Positions 40,068-49,156 of a DNA stretch of 64,000 nt are shown here, in pieces. The notes under the pieces are model-generated. The model was not told the DNA's origin. It saw nothing but the letters and a program-made list of their open reading frames with translations, and searched no databases. Where the stretch lies: positions 1 through 64,000 of the IMG/VR virus record IMGVR_UViG_3300032157_000006, one strand, 5' to 3'. The number at the start of each line of letters is the position of its first letter. Position 1 is the stretch's first letter. Source of the DNA: a virus. The position numbers and the translations under genes were made by a program.

Positions 40068-40202
40068 AAGGCCGGAAATAGGCGGAGAGTGCGAAGTAAG
40101 GGGCGACCCTCAGAAGGTCAGTGGCGAATCCGGAGTAGTACCGGGCGACTCGCACAGCACCTAGAGCGCCCCGAGTTTCACCACCACCACAGGAGAGCGA
40201 AG

Positions 40203-40445
40203 ATGCCACGCTACGCAACCGAATACGACGAGCAAGACGAGCAGGACTATTACGACGAATTCGCGGAACCTGGCGGGCGCAGCGCATTGCGCGCGGCGAC
40301 CAAAGGCAACCCGCGCAACCTGCCGTGCCCGACCTGTCGGCAACCCAACAGGCTCACGCCGAGGGACAAGGCGCTCGGGTATCAGTGCGACCAATGCGCC
40401 GACCATGCCGAGGGGCGCGGCTGCAACGGCGCGGGGGAATACTGA
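40203..40445 (+). CDS. small zinc-ribbon protein (80 aa), first gene of the rightward late block
   Basis: ATG preceded by CAGGAGAG. Acidic N-terminus, then CPTCRQPNRLTPRDKALGYQCDQC. Confidence 0.65.
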   Translation: MPRYATEYDEQDEQDYYDEFAEPGGRSALRAATKGNPRNLPCPTCRQPNRLTPRDKALGYQCDQCADHAEGRGCNGAGEY

Positions 40446-40446
40446 C

Positions 40447-40950
40447 ATGGCCGATGACTACTACGAGAACACCGCAGCAGCGATCATCGCATTCCGGTGC
40501 AGGATGGAAGCGAAGCTGCATGCGCTTGGCGCGGCGCTTCCGGCGCGCGAGCCATGGGACGATGAAATCACCTACAACAATTCGCTGCTTGAGCGCGTCG
40601 AGGAAATAGAGGAACGCGGCTATCCGCTGGACCCGCCGGGGTACGCGGCGCGGGTGCGCGAACTGGAAGCCGATGGCTTGACCACGAGCGATGCGCAGGG
40701 CGTGGCGGATGCCGAAATCCTGACACATGGCAGTTTCGCCAATGCCAAGCGCGCCAAGGTGGGGAGGAAGTTCGTCGAAGCTGGTGCGGCGAGCATCACG
40801 ATTGCGCTGTCAGGCGGGCGGATCGAAGTGCGCCACGGCACGGATGGCGTGGTGCTTGCCGAGTTGGACAAGGCGCCCTATGGAACGTGGGCGGCGATAT
40901 GGGCGAATCTGCGCGCGCTCGGGTTTGAAGGCATCGGCACGAAGGATTAG
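40447..40950 (+). CDS. hypothetical protein (167 aa)
   Basis: ATG 1 nt after the upstream stop. MADDYYENTAAAIIAFRCRMEAKLHALGAALPAREPWDDEITYNNSLLERVEEIEERGYPLD... Confidence 0.65.
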   Translation: MADDYYENTAAAIIAFRCRMEAKLHALGAALPAREPWDDEITYNNSLLERVEEIEERGYPLDPPGYAARVRELEADGLTTSDAQGVADAEILTHGSFANAKRAKVGRKFVEAGAASITIALSGGRIEVRHGTDGVVLAELDKAPYGTWAAIWANLRALGFEGIGTKD

Positions 40951-41149
40951 GATTCAGGTTCCGGCAGTGTCCGGCTATCGACACCACAATCACAGGGAGG
41001 GCGAGACGATGAAGTAGACCAAAAACACAGACCAGCAAATTCACATAGAGAGAGGAAGTACCGAGGCCGGGGCCGCACCAACGCTCCGGCCTCATTGCGT
41101 TGGGGGTGTAGGATGGCGACCTGCATAATCCGGGCGGGGTGGGGGCGGC

Positions 41150-41650
41150 ATGGGGTTGTTCGATCTGGAGGAGGATGCACCGCCCGCAGCCGCGCCAAAG
41201 CCAAAGGCAACAAGGCCAATTCACCACCAGGGCGAGTCCCGAGCATTGATCGCGGACCCGTTGGGCGTCGTGATTGCGACAGTGCTTGATGCCCATGCGC
41301 ACCGTCCGAGCCGACCGTTCAGGGGCAAGGAATTCAGGGATGCCGTGAGGAACCGGCTGTTGGTGGCCGGCTGGATCTGCCGGACGCGCTACAAAGTCGA
41401 GAGCCGGGGCACACCGGACGGGTATCGTGGAGTGCTTGACCTAGTGGCGCATCCACCACCGCCAAGGGGAGCCAAGGAGCTGCCGGACCCGGTATTGGTC
41501 GAGTTCGATAAGGTCAGCATCGAGCGAAAGACGATCGCGAAGCTGGCGAGGTACGAGGGACGCACGGCCGCCAAGCTGATCGTGCTCGCCCGCGGCACCG
41601 GACACCACGATCTGCCTACCGGAGTTGACGAGATTTTGACACTGGGCTAA
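41150..41650 (+). CDS. hypothetical protein (166 aa), possibly restriction-endonuclease-like fold
   Basis: ...GYRGVLDLVAHPPPP...DPVLVEFDKVSIERKTIAKL hints at a D...E-x-x-K type nuclease core, but this is weak. Preceded by a hairpin at 41063-41093. Confidence 0.5.
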   Translation: MGLFDLEEDAPPAAAPKPKATRPIHHQGESRALIADPLGVVIATVLDAHAHRPSRPFRGKEFRDAVRNRLLVAGWICRTRYKVESRGTPDGYRGVLDLVAHPPPPRGAKELPDPVLVEFDKVSIERKTIAKLARYEGRTAAKLIVLARGTGHHDLPTGVDEILTLG

Positions 41651-41679
41651 TCTCGGCCTGCTCACGCCATGGCGATAGG

Positions 41680-42423
41680 ATGGGGCGGGGGCAGGATTCT
41701 TTAAGTCCTGCGCGACGACACCGCGCATTACAAGAAAAACGAGGGGGCTGTCTGGAATTGGACACAAAGCACGAACAGGCCGAAAAAAAGGCCGACACAA
41801 GCCAGAGCGCACCGAACGCATTACCTGCAGTAGTAGGTGCGCGCCTGACCGAGAAGCAGCGTGAGTTCGCCGTCAATCTCGTCAAAGGGCTATCAGAATC
41901 AGACGCTTACCAAGCTGCTTTTCCTGATTGCAGAAGTCCGAGGGAGGCGAAAAATCGGGGCCGAAAATTGGCGCGCGTCCCCAAAGTGGCGGAATTCTGC
42001 GCTGCAATAAGGGATAAAACGCTTGATTTATCAGACATTTCCGTGCGGCAACTCAATCGCGAGATCGCCCGCATCGGCTTTTCCGACCTTCGCAAACTGT
42101 TTGATTCCAATGGGGAAATTCTTCCGCCGGAGCAATGGCCTGATGATGTGGCCGCTGCCGTAAGCAGCTACAAGGAGGAAGTGTCGCCAAACGGACAGCG
42201 CTTGAAGCGCGAGGTCAAGATGTGGGACAAGCCGGGGGCGCTGCGCCTGATCGCTGACCTGAAGGGGCTGACCAACGCCAAGCCGGACGCAACGCAGCGG
42301 GCGACCTTCACGTTCAATTTCGGCCTACCACCGGGCGCTCGGGTGCGTGGCAAGGCCGGGGGCCGGGTGATCGACCACGAGCCGCCGAAAGTGGCGAAAA
42401 CCCCACAGGAATCAGGCGCATGA
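41680..42423 (+). CDS. terS: terminase small subunit (Terminase_2-like)
   Basis: LTEKQREFAVNLVKGLSESDAYQAAFPDCRSPREAKNRGRKLARVPKVAEFCAAIRDK...KMWDKPGALRLIADLKGL matches the TerS HTH plus oligomerisation pattern. Start uncertain (ATG 41680 or TTG 41758 after GAGGGGG). Confidence 0.8.
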   Translation: MGRGQDSLSPARRHRALQEKRGGCLELDTKHEQAEKKADTSQSAPNALPAVVGARLTEKQREFAVNLVKGLSESDAYQAAFPDCRSPREAKNRGRKLARVPKVAEFCAAIRDKTLDLSDISVRQLNREIARIGFSDLRKLFDSNGEILPPEQWPDDVAAAVSSYKEEVSPNGQRLKREVKMWDKPGALRLIADLKGLTNAKPDATQRATFTFNFGLPPGARVRGKAGGRVIDHEPPKVAKTPQESGA

Positions 42424-42796
42424 ATGTGCAAGGGGTATTATGTCAACTAGCGCGCTCGCCCTTTCGTGGCGCTCGCGCAACGCTTTCCGGGCACCGCTCG
42501 GCCACCTGTTGGGATGGCAACACGCGCGCGAGGCACGGAATCGGCACGGTCTGCCCGCACGGATCGCTCGGCTGGTGCGTGATGTGCGCATGGCCCACGC
42601 GCGCGCCGCGCTCGCACGGGCAGGCAGGCGGGTGCGCAGGCGGGTACACGCGCGACGGGTCCCATCCGCGGCCGGGCACTGAAAGAGCCGTCTTTCACTC
42701 TCGGGTCCGTGCTCCGAAAAATGTCTCACCGTCCAGGGAAAAGACCCCCGGTGGGTCGTGTGCGAAAAAATTTTTGAAACCGTGGCGAATTTGAGC
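42424..42796. other. GC-rich apparently non-coding region with hairpins and short direct repeats (pac/regulatory/ncRNA candidate)
   Basis: Five mutually overlapping junk-like ORFs in the track. Hairpin 42453-42477; GCACGG at 42533, 42544, 42557 and 42614; tandem GCAGGCGGGT x2 (42624-42643); hairpin GACCC-ccggt-GGGTC (42744-42758), then A6T5. Confidence 0.4.
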
Positions 42797-43012
42797 ATGG
42801 ACCGACTGGTTGCCGTGATGACGCCGCTTCCGAGGATGGGCGACGGGAGGCTCGCTTTCGCGCTGATGCCCGGGACGATGTTCGAGGTCTACCGAGGCAA
42901 GGAGCGCGGGTTCCTGGTCGCTTGCGGGACCGACGATTTCGTCTGGTGCAGCAGCGCCGGTATCGTGGTCGGTGTTTCACGTGGAACAGGGGTGCCAGAT
43001 GACGTTCAGTGA
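42797..43012 (+). CDS. small hypothetical protein (71 aa)
   Basis: ATG 42797. MDRLVAVMTPLPRMGDGRLAFALMPGTMFEVYRGKERGFLVACGTDDFVWCSSAGIVVG... Confidence 0.5.
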   Translation: MDRLVAVMTPLPRMGDGRLAFALMPGTMFEVYRGKERGFLVACGTDDFVWCSSAGIVVGVSRGTGVPDDVQ

Positions 43013-43352
43013 CAGGACGCCGGTGTTTTTGGGGGCTGATTTCGGCTCGAATTCGCGCCAGGTCTTGACCATGGCGAGGCGGGAGGGCAAATCGTATCGC
43101 ATGGACCTGATGCTGCTCGTCCGGGACCATGCGATGGACGACATCGACCGGATGCTGCGGGGTTTTCATCGCCTGGACCGATGCGCGTTCGCCAACCTGG
43201 GTGAGCTGGAGGACGCTGCAAGGCGTGGGCAGGAGCGGGCCGAGCGACTGGCTGCGTTCGACGTGCGGCCGGATCCGGTGGCACCGAAGCCGGTCGTGGC
43301 GCGCGTGGCCGGCGCCGACATCAGGCGGTTTTTGCCGCGCCGGGCGGTCTGA
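42999..43352 (+). CDS. hypothetical protein (117 aa)
   Basis: ATG 42999. MTFSDRTPVFLGADFGSNSRQVLTMARREGKSYRMDLMLLVRDHAMDDIDRMLRGFHRLDR... Confidence 0.55.
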   Translation: MTFSDRTPVFLGADFGSNSRQVLTMARREGKSYRMDLMLLVRDHAMDDIDRMLRGFHRLDRCAFANLGELEDAARRGQERAERLAAFDVRPDPVAPKPVVARVAGADIRRFLPRRAV

Positions 43353-43558
43353 TGCTGCCATTCCAGCACCGGGTCGTGGGGGAAAAGGCGGACCTGGACC
43401 TGCGCCTGGAGCTTTTGAAGAAATTCCTCGAATCCAGCCGGTTCCTGCTGGTCGATCCGGCCGAGCGCCAGCGGTTGATGAAGCAGGCCGAGGTGATGAG
43501 CGAATATTCCGAGATCCTGGGTGAGCGGATCGCCCACTTCCAGCCGGTGCCGGGTTGA
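43352..43558 (+). CDS. small hypothetical protein (68 aa)
   Basis: ATG shares 1 nt with the upstream TGA. MLPFQHRVVGEKADLDLRLELLKKFLESSRFLLVDPAERQRLMKQAEVMSEYSEILGERI. Confidence 0.6.
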   Translation: MLPFQHRVVGEKADLDLRLELLKKFLESSRFLLVDPAERQRLMKQAEVMSEYSEILGERIAHFQPVPG

Positions 43559-43755
43559 GCACCGTCCCTGCGATAGACGGCCCAACCGAATCGCACAAGA
43601 CGGCGGCCTGGATGACCAGGCGCGATGCCGATGACCAGGCGCACGTCGTCCCCGATTTCGGCCCTGCGCACACGCTTTCGCTCGATTGCTGGTGCCATCC
43701 GGTGCTCGATCCCGATTACGTCGAGCCCGCCATTTCGCACAACGTCGCCCAGTGA
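43555..43755 (+). CDS. small hypothetical protein (66 aa)
   Basis: TTG start in a TTGA overlap. ...DDQAHVVPDFGPAHTLSLDCWCHPVLDPDYVEPAISHNVAQ. Confidence 0.5.
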   Translation: MSTVPAIDGPTESHKTAAWMTRRDADDQAHVVPDFGPAHTLSLDCWCHPVLDPDYVEPAISHNVAQ

Positions 43756-44006
43756 GCGCCCACAACGACTTCCCGGAGAGCGCCCTCACGCCCTGGTTTC
43801 CATTGCCCCACAATCCGAGCAGGCCGGGGGTGTACCGGACATCCCGCGAGGACATCTTGGTCCTTGGCAGCGCCTACTCGTACTGGAACGGCGAGCGGTG
43901 GGAGAATTTCAAGAACTGGGGCGCCTACCACGGCACCGTGGGTTTCGTCTGGCGCGGCCTGAACCACGAGCGCCGCATCCCGCTTGAAGGTGGCTCACTC
44001 GAATGA
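43752..44006 (+). CDS. small hypothetical protein (84 aa)
   Basis: GTGA overlap at 43752-43755 and ATGA overlap with terL. VSAHNDFPESALTPWFPLPHNPSRPGVYRTSREDILVLGSAYSYWNGERWENFKNWG... Confidence 0.55.
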   Translation: MSAHNDFPESALTPWFPLPHNPSRPGVYRTSREDILVLGSAYSYWNGERWENFKNWGAYHGTVGFVWRGLNHERRIPLEGGSLE

Positions 44007-45637
44007 GCGAGATCCTGGGCACCCGAGAACCAGATTACTCGGTCGGCTACACCGCCGAGCCCACCATCGCCGCCTTCCACCATTCGGACGCCTTCGTGCG
44101 CGGGATCCGCGGGCCCTACGGGTCCGGTAAATCCGTCGGCTGCGTGATCGAGATCATCCGGAGGGCTCAAGAGCAAAAACCCGACCGCTTCGGCAAGCGT
44201 AAAACCCGCTTTGCCGCCATCCGCAACACCTACGGCGAGCTGAAAACGACCACCATCAAGACCTGGCAGGAGTGGGTCCCGCAGGACGTCGCCCCCATCA
44301 AGTGGGACGAGCCCATCACCTGCCGGTGGATCTGCAAGCTGCCAGACGGCACGACCATGGACCTGGAGATGATCTTCCTCTCGGTCGACCGGCCGGCCCA
44401 CGTGAAGAAACTGAAGTCGCTCGACCTGACAGGGCTGTGGCTGAACGAGGCGAGCCTGCTCGAAAAGCTCGTCCTCGACGATGGCACCGCGCGCGTCGGC
44501 CGCTACCCGGCAAAGAAGGACGGCGCCGCCTTCACCTGGGCGGGGGTCATCATGGACACCAACGCCATGGACGACGATCATTGGTGGCACGACCTTGCGG
44601 AAGGGGTTACGGACCAGGACCGCCAGGCCGAGATCAACGCCACCCTCGAGGGCCTGAATGCTGCACTGCAAGAACTCGGCATGAAGCGCCCGCTGATGGA
44701 GTTCTTCGAGCAGCCGCCAGCCCTCATCGAAGCGCAGGGGTCATTCATGCCCAACCCGTTCGCCGAGAACGTGAGGAACCAGCCCATGGGCGCGGCCTAC
44801 TGGCTGATGCTGGCGAACGGCAAGTCGAAGGAATGGATCGAGATGTTCCTGCTCAACAAATACGGCAAGGTGATCGACGGCCTGCCCGTGTACCCGGAGT
44901 ACAACGAGCACCTGCACGGGCGATCGCTCGCCCTGCGCCCCATCCCCGGCCTGCCGATCACGATCGGCCTTGACTTCGGGTTGTCGCCCGCGGCGGCCTG
45001 CATCCAGGTGAGCGCGAAATCGCAGCTCCTCCTCCTCGGTGAGTGCGTGTCCGCCGAGCGCTCGATGGGCATCACGCAATTCATCGGCGATGCACTCAAA
45101 CCATACCTCGCCAATCGGTTCGGGTCGAACGACTCGCACGGCAACCCGTGGGAGTTCCGCCTGGTCGGGGATCCAGCCGGCGCGCAGCGCGGCCAGGGGG
45201 ACGAAAAGACCGTGTTCCAGATCGCGGCCGACCTCAACTTCCCGATCTCGCCGGCCAAGACCAACGCTTTTATTGCGCGCCGCGATGCGCTCGCCTGGTT
45301 CTTCAACCGGCTGGTCGAGGGCGCGCCCGCGTTCCTGGCCGATGAGTCCTGCCGGATGATAAAGAAGGGCCTGCGCGGTGGGTATCACTACCGGCGGATC
45401 CAGGTGTCCGGCGAGGCGCGCCACCAGAACGAGCCCTACAAAAACAAGTACAGCCACCCGGTCGAAGCCGCCCAGTACGCGGCGCTCGAGTACGTGGCGA
45501 TCGAGGCGCCCGCATCCGGGTTCAAGATGGTGCCAGAGTGGCAGCGAAAATTGGCCGCCAAGGTCGGCACTTCTGGCCGCCCGTGGAAAACGCGCGGCGG
45601 GTTTTACGGGGGTCGGGTACACTCCCGGCGCACATGA
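44003..45637 (+). CDS. terL: terminase large subunit
   Basis: 544 aa. Walker A IRGPYGSGKSVG, Walker B-like LDLTGLWLNEAS, C-terminal nuclease-like half. Sits directly upstream of the portal gene. Confidence 0.9.
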   Translation: MSEILGTREPDYSVGYTAEPTIAAFHHSDAFVRGIRGPYGSGKSVGCVIEIIRRAQEQKPDRFGKRKTRFAAIRNTYGELKTTTIKTWQEWVPQDVAPIKWDEPITCRWICKLPDGTTMDLEMIFLSVDRPAHVKKLKSLDLTGLWLNEASLLEKLVLDDGTARVGRYPAKKDGAAFTWAGVIMDTNAMDDDHWWHDLAEGVTDQDRQAEINATLEGLNAALQELGMKRPLMEFFEQPPALIEAQGSFMPNPFAENVRNQPMGAAYWLMLANGKSKEWIEMFLLNKYGKVIDGLPVYPEYNEHLHGRSLALRPIPGLPITIGLDFGLSPAAACIQVSAKSQLLLLGECVSAERSMGITQFIGDALKPYLANRFGSNDSHGNPWEFRLVGDPAGAQRGQGDEKTVFQIAADLNFPISPAKTNAFIARRDALAWFFNRLVEGAPAFLADESCRMIKKGLRGGYHYRRIQVSGEARHQNEPYKNKYSHPVEAAQYAALEYVAIEAPASGFKMVPEWQRKLAAKVGTSGRPWKTRGGFYGGRVHSRRT

Positions 45638-47811
45638 GCGCTGTGCTCGCATCCAGACCGATGCAGGATCATTTCCTGCCTTCACGCTTCAACGTGTCGG
45701 GATTGCCATCGCCTGATCCGAAGCACTGGAACGCCGACGATGCGGCCAAACTCATGCCCGGTTGCCACAACGCCGAGCTGATGAACCTCATGGTCGAGCG
45801 CTTCCTTCGTGCCGACTCTGCGCTTTCTGACTGGGCAGATGTCGCCAAGCAGTGCGTGGAATTCCTGGAAGGAAAGCAGTGGTCGGCGGCCGAGATCGCC
45901 GCCGCGGCCGAAGATGACCGCCCGCTCCTGACCTTGAACAAGCTCGCGCCGCTTGTTCGCCTGGTGCTCGGCTACCACAGGAACAACCGGCTGGATGCGC
46001 GCTACCTGCCTTCATCGGATGCCAACGCCTCGGAATCCATGGCGATGGTGCTCACCAAGGTCGTGAAATCCATCAACATCGGCCTGAAGATGCCCTACGT
46101 CGATACCGAGGTGTTCCTCGACGGCATCACGGGCGGGCGTGGCTTCTACGACTGGCGCCTGAACTTCCAGCACAACGATTTCGGCGAGATGGACTGCAAG
46201 GCCGAGGATCCGTTCACCGTTCGCATCGACGCCGACGCCGACACCTACGAGACGAAGGGCTGGAACTACGTTTTCAAGGCCCGGTGGGCGAACATCGACG
46301 AGATCGACCAGAGTTTCGGCGCGCACGTATCCGCCTTGGTGATGCCGCTCATCCGCTCAAACGGCTATCGCGGCGGCGTGCCGGCTGACGTGATGAACTA
46401 CATCGACGAGGTGACGCCGTGGCGCACCTTCGGCGGAAACCTGGACTCGCGCTTCACGGGCACGAACTCGGTGGAGAACTACATCTCCAACTCCATCGAC
46501 CCGTACCGCAAGAATATCCGCATGATCGAGTGCCAGCACAACGTCCGCGTGATGCAGCGGAACATAGTGGACCTGGAAACTGGCGATCGGCAACCGATCC
46601 CCACCAATTTCACGCAGGAAAAAGTCCAGAAGCTGATGGACTGGGCCGCCGAGCAATACTGGATTAAAGGTCAATCATCGCCGTTGCGAGTGGAGTGGCG
46701 TCCGACCAAGCGCGTTCGCTGGACGACGATGGTGGGCGACATCATCATCTACGACGGCTGGAGTCCCTACGAAACCTTCACTCTGATCCCGTTCTTCCCG
46801 TACTTTCGCCGCGGCAAGACGCGCGGCATGGTGGAGGACCTGATCGGCCCGCAGCGCGAAGTGAACCTTCGACGCTCCTCACAAATCGACATCCTCACCC
46901 GCGTAGCCCACTCGGGCTGGATGTGGCACAAGGATTCGATGGAGGAGCCGGAAAAAGAAAAGATGGAATCGCACGGCGGCGCCCCCGGCATCAACATCGA
47001 GTGGAAGGGCTCATCGGACATGAAGCCCGAGCGCATCGAGCCAGGCCAGATGCCATCTGCCATCAAGGACCTGGAGGTTTCGGCCACCCAGGACCTGAAG
47101 GAGATCGCCGGCATCAACGATTCGGCATTGGGCCAGATCGACCGGGTGCAATCTGGCCGAGCGATCGAAGCGCGCCAGAAGCAATCGGTGCTCGGCATCG
47201 AGATGTACATGGACAACGCGCGGCGCACTAAGGATATGTGCGCGGAGAAGCAGCTCGAGATGCTGCAAAACCACTATACCGAACCGCGCTTGATCCGCCA
47301 CATGGGTCCGGACGGTGGCTGGTCGACGATCGGCATCAACCAGAGGAACGCGGTTGGGGAAATCATCAACAACGTCACCGCCGGCAAGTACATCGTGGCC
47401 GTGGACGAGACGCCGATTTCCTCCACCTGGCTGAACGCGCAGTTCGAGGAGCTGATCTCGCTCGTGGAAAAAGGCATCATCCCGGCGGCCATGGTGCAAG
47501 ACATCATGGTGGATCTCTCAAGCGCGCCGCAAAAAGAACTCATCAAGACGCGCCTCAACGCTTTCCTCCAGGCACAGGGCATGATTACCGCGGACCAGCT
47601 CGCCGCGGCCGTGAATGCAGGCATACCCGTAGCACCCGAGGCGATCCCCCAGGCCGGCCCGGCAGGCGCCGGACCTGGGGGCGGCGGGGGCGAAAAGAAA
47701 CCCGGCGAGAAAAAGGAAACGCCGCAGGGCCATACCACGAACATCAATTTTGGCGGTGCGCAGCAGCCCATGTCGGGCGGCGGCGGTGCGCCAGCAGGAG
47801 TCGGACCCTAG
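45634..47811 (+). CDS. portal protein
   Basis: ATG 45634 in an ATGA overlap with terL (the track start 45538 lies inside terL). VEFLEGKQWSAAEIAAAAEDDRPLLTLNKLAPLVRLVLGYHRNNRLDARYLP is a typical portal N-terminal pattern. 725 aa with a Gly-rich tail. Confidence 0.85.
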   Translation: MSAVLASRPMQDHFLPSRFNVSGLPSPDPKHWNADDAAKLMPGCHNAELMNLMVERFLRADSALSDWADVAKQCVEFLEGKQWSAAEIAAAAEDDRPLLTLNKLAPLVRLVLGYHRNNRLDARYLPSSDANASESMAMVLTKVVKSINIGLKMPYVDTEVFLDGITGGRGFYDWRLNFQHNDFGEMDCKAEDPFTVRIDADADTYETKGWNYVFKARWANIDEIDQSFGAHVSALVMPLIRSNGYRGGVPADVMNYIDEVTPWRTFGGNLDSRFTGTNSVENYISNSIDPYRKNIRMIECQHNVRVMQRNIVDLETGDRQPIPTNFTQEKVQKLMDWAAEQYWIKGQSSPLRVEWRPTKRVRWTTMVGDIIIYDGWSPYETFTLIPFFPYFRRGKTRGMVEDLIGPQREVNLRRSSQIDILTRVAHSGWMWHKDSMEEPEKEKMESHGGAPGINIEWKGSSDMKPERIEPGQMPSAIKDLEVSATQDLKEIAGINDSALGQIDRVQSGRAIEARQKQSVLGIEMYMDNARRTKDMCAEKQLEMLQNHYTEPRLIRHMGPDGGWSTIGINQRNAVGEIINNVTAGKYIVAVDETPISSTWLNAQFEELISLVEKGIIPAAMVQDIMVDLSSAPQKELIKTRLNAFLQAQGMITADQLAAAVNAGIPVAPEAIPQAGPAGAGPGGGGGEKKPGEKKETPQGHTTNINFGGAQQPMSGGGGAPAGVGP

Positions 47812-47861
47812 AGGCGAGAGGGCAAACCCGCCACATTGAAATTCACTGATAGGAGATTGCC

Positions 47862-48614
47862 ATGGGACTCGGAATCGGACAAAGACTGATCGCAGCAGGA
47901 AAAGCAACCGTCGGGGTGATGGCGAAACTCATCCCGCCGATGGTGGGGCGCGAGGACATCGCCGACGCAATCGGCTATGTCGAAGGCGCCGTCGCGCCCT
48001 CGAGCGTCGTGCCGGATTTCATCGGCCAGAAATACTTCGACACCGTGACCAAGGTGTTCTACATCGCCTTCGGCACCGCTGCCGGCGAGTGGACGCCGCT
48101 TGGCGACGACACGCTTTCCTTGGCCGAACTGGCTGTCCTCGACGGCGCCACTGCGGCGAATGCGACCGCCGGCAAGGCGGCGATTCTCGGCACGGGCGGG
48201 GTGTTGCAAGCCGACGGAATCCAGATGTCTGCGCTCAGGTACGTGTCTGTCGCGCTCACCGCGGCGCTGCTCGACGGCGCCCTGGAGATCGTTGTCCAGG
48301 CGGGTGTCACCGGCGACCAGTACAAGGTCCGCGACATCATCCTGGAGGGCGGCGGCACGAACTTCGGCGCGGGCGGAGATCGCACCCTCACGCTGACCGA
48401 CGGCACGACTGTCTGGACGACCATCCCGAACGCGAGCCTGGAAACGCTGGCTGCGGCCGGCGCGCGGTGGGGCAGCACGGCGGTCCCGGCCACCACGACC
48501 AGTAACACCTCGAGCGCGGCCGGTGCTGCGATCGTGTTCAAGTACGCGGGCGGCACGACCGACCACACCACGGGCGCCACGCGCGCGACGGTGTGCCTGG
48601 AGAAAGTCACGTAA
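47862..48614 (+). CDS. hypothetical virion-module protein (250 aa)
   Basis: ATG preceded by TAGGAGA. Thr/Ala/Gly-rich, beta-rich-looking. Between portal and scaffold. Confidence 0.7.
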   Translation: MGLGIGQRLIAAGKATVGVMAKLIPPMVGREDIADAIGYVEGAVAPSSVVPDFIGQKYFDTVTKVFYIAFGTAAGEWTPLGDDTLSLAELAVLDGATAANATAGKAAILGTGGVLQADGIQMSALRYVSVALTAALLDGALEIVVQAGVTGDQYKVRDIILEGGGTNFGAGGDRTLTLTDGTTVWTTIPNASLETLAAAGARWGSTAVPATTTSNTSSAAGAAIVFKYAGGTTDHTTGATRATVCLEKVT

Positions 48615-48760
48615 TGAGTCAGGCGCAACGCGAAGAAAAGAAGCAGGCGCGGCTTGACGCTCAGTTCGAGCGTCAGGCTGCGGCCGAGTACCTGTACAGA
48701 AAGAAGCCGATCGCTGTATTCGTCGCGAACGCATTCGCGAAGAAAAAAAAGGGAGCCTGA
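48614..48760 (+). CDS. possible small basic ORF (48 aa)
   Basis: TAATG overlap. MSQAQREEKKQARLDAQFERQAAAEYLYRKKPIAVFVANAFAKKKKGA. Too short for the track. Confidence 0.4.
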   Translation: MSQAQREEKKQARLDAQFERQAAAEYLYRKKPIAVFVANAFAKKKKGA

Positions 48761-48762
48761 CC

Positions 48763-49143
48763 ATGGGCGCAAGCGTACCGTCCCACGTTGGCGAAGAAGT
48801 CGCCCGCGTGTACCTGCCGGTCGACATCGCGGACCTTTCGGCCGATGCGACCTACCATCTTCAATGCCCGTGCCTCGGGCGCTATACGGGCCTTCGCAGC
48901 GTGATCGACGACGTGGTTTCGACCGCCGACATCACCATCACGCCGTCCGTGAATGGCGTTGCCGTGCAAGGCGGCGCGCTCACGATCGCTACCGCGAACT
49001 CTGCCGCAGGCGACCGTGACGAGAACCGGCCCGGCGCTACCCCGCGGGTTGAGCCCGGCGATCTCATCGCCCTGGTGGTGGCAGGCGGCGGTGCCGGCGG
49101 CGCGCCGCGCGGGCACCTCATCGTCGAAATCACGCGGGACTGA
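48763..49143 (+). CDS. hypothetical head-module protein (126 aa)
   Basis: ATG preceded by AAAGGGAG. MGASVPSHVGEEVARVYLPVDIADLSADATYHLQCPCLGRYTGLRSVIDDVV... Confidence 0.65.
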   Translation: MGASVPSHVGEEVARVYLPVDIADLSADATYHLQCPCLGRYTGLRSVIDDVVSTADITITPSVNGVAVQGGALTIATANSAAGDRDENRPGATPRVEPGDLIALVVAGGGAGGAPRGHLIVEITRD

Positions 49144-49156
49144 AAAGGAGCATGCC

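Noticed and set aside
41063-41093. Hairpin GAGGCCGG-N15-CCGGCCTC as a rho-independent terminator
   Set aside because: The stem is convincing, but the loop is long (15 nt) and there is no downstream U-tract (ATTGCGTT). I do not call it a terminator and only note it as possible RNA structure.
42412-42798. Possible protein-coding gene in the post-terS gap (ORFs 42420..42794 +, 42440..42682 +, 42443..42679 -, 42447..42698 -, 42412..42798 -)
   Set aside because: Five mutually overlapping ORFs with no plausible protein sequence. Hand-computed positional GC is ambiguous. The minus frame 42443..42679 fits best but reads Pro/Cys/Arg-rich and is antisense to the operon. I treat the region as non-coding and flag it as a finding.
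42726-43855. Minus-strand ORFs 42726..43673 (315 aa) and 43166..43855 (229 aa)
   Set aside because: Pro/Arg/Ser-rich shadows opposite the coupled plus-strand small genes that feed into terL.
44741-45685. 314-aa minus ORF and other antisense ORFs inside terL, portal and capsid genes (for example 47808..48827, 50618..51586)
   Set aside because: They lie opposite high-confidence structural genes and have shadow composition.
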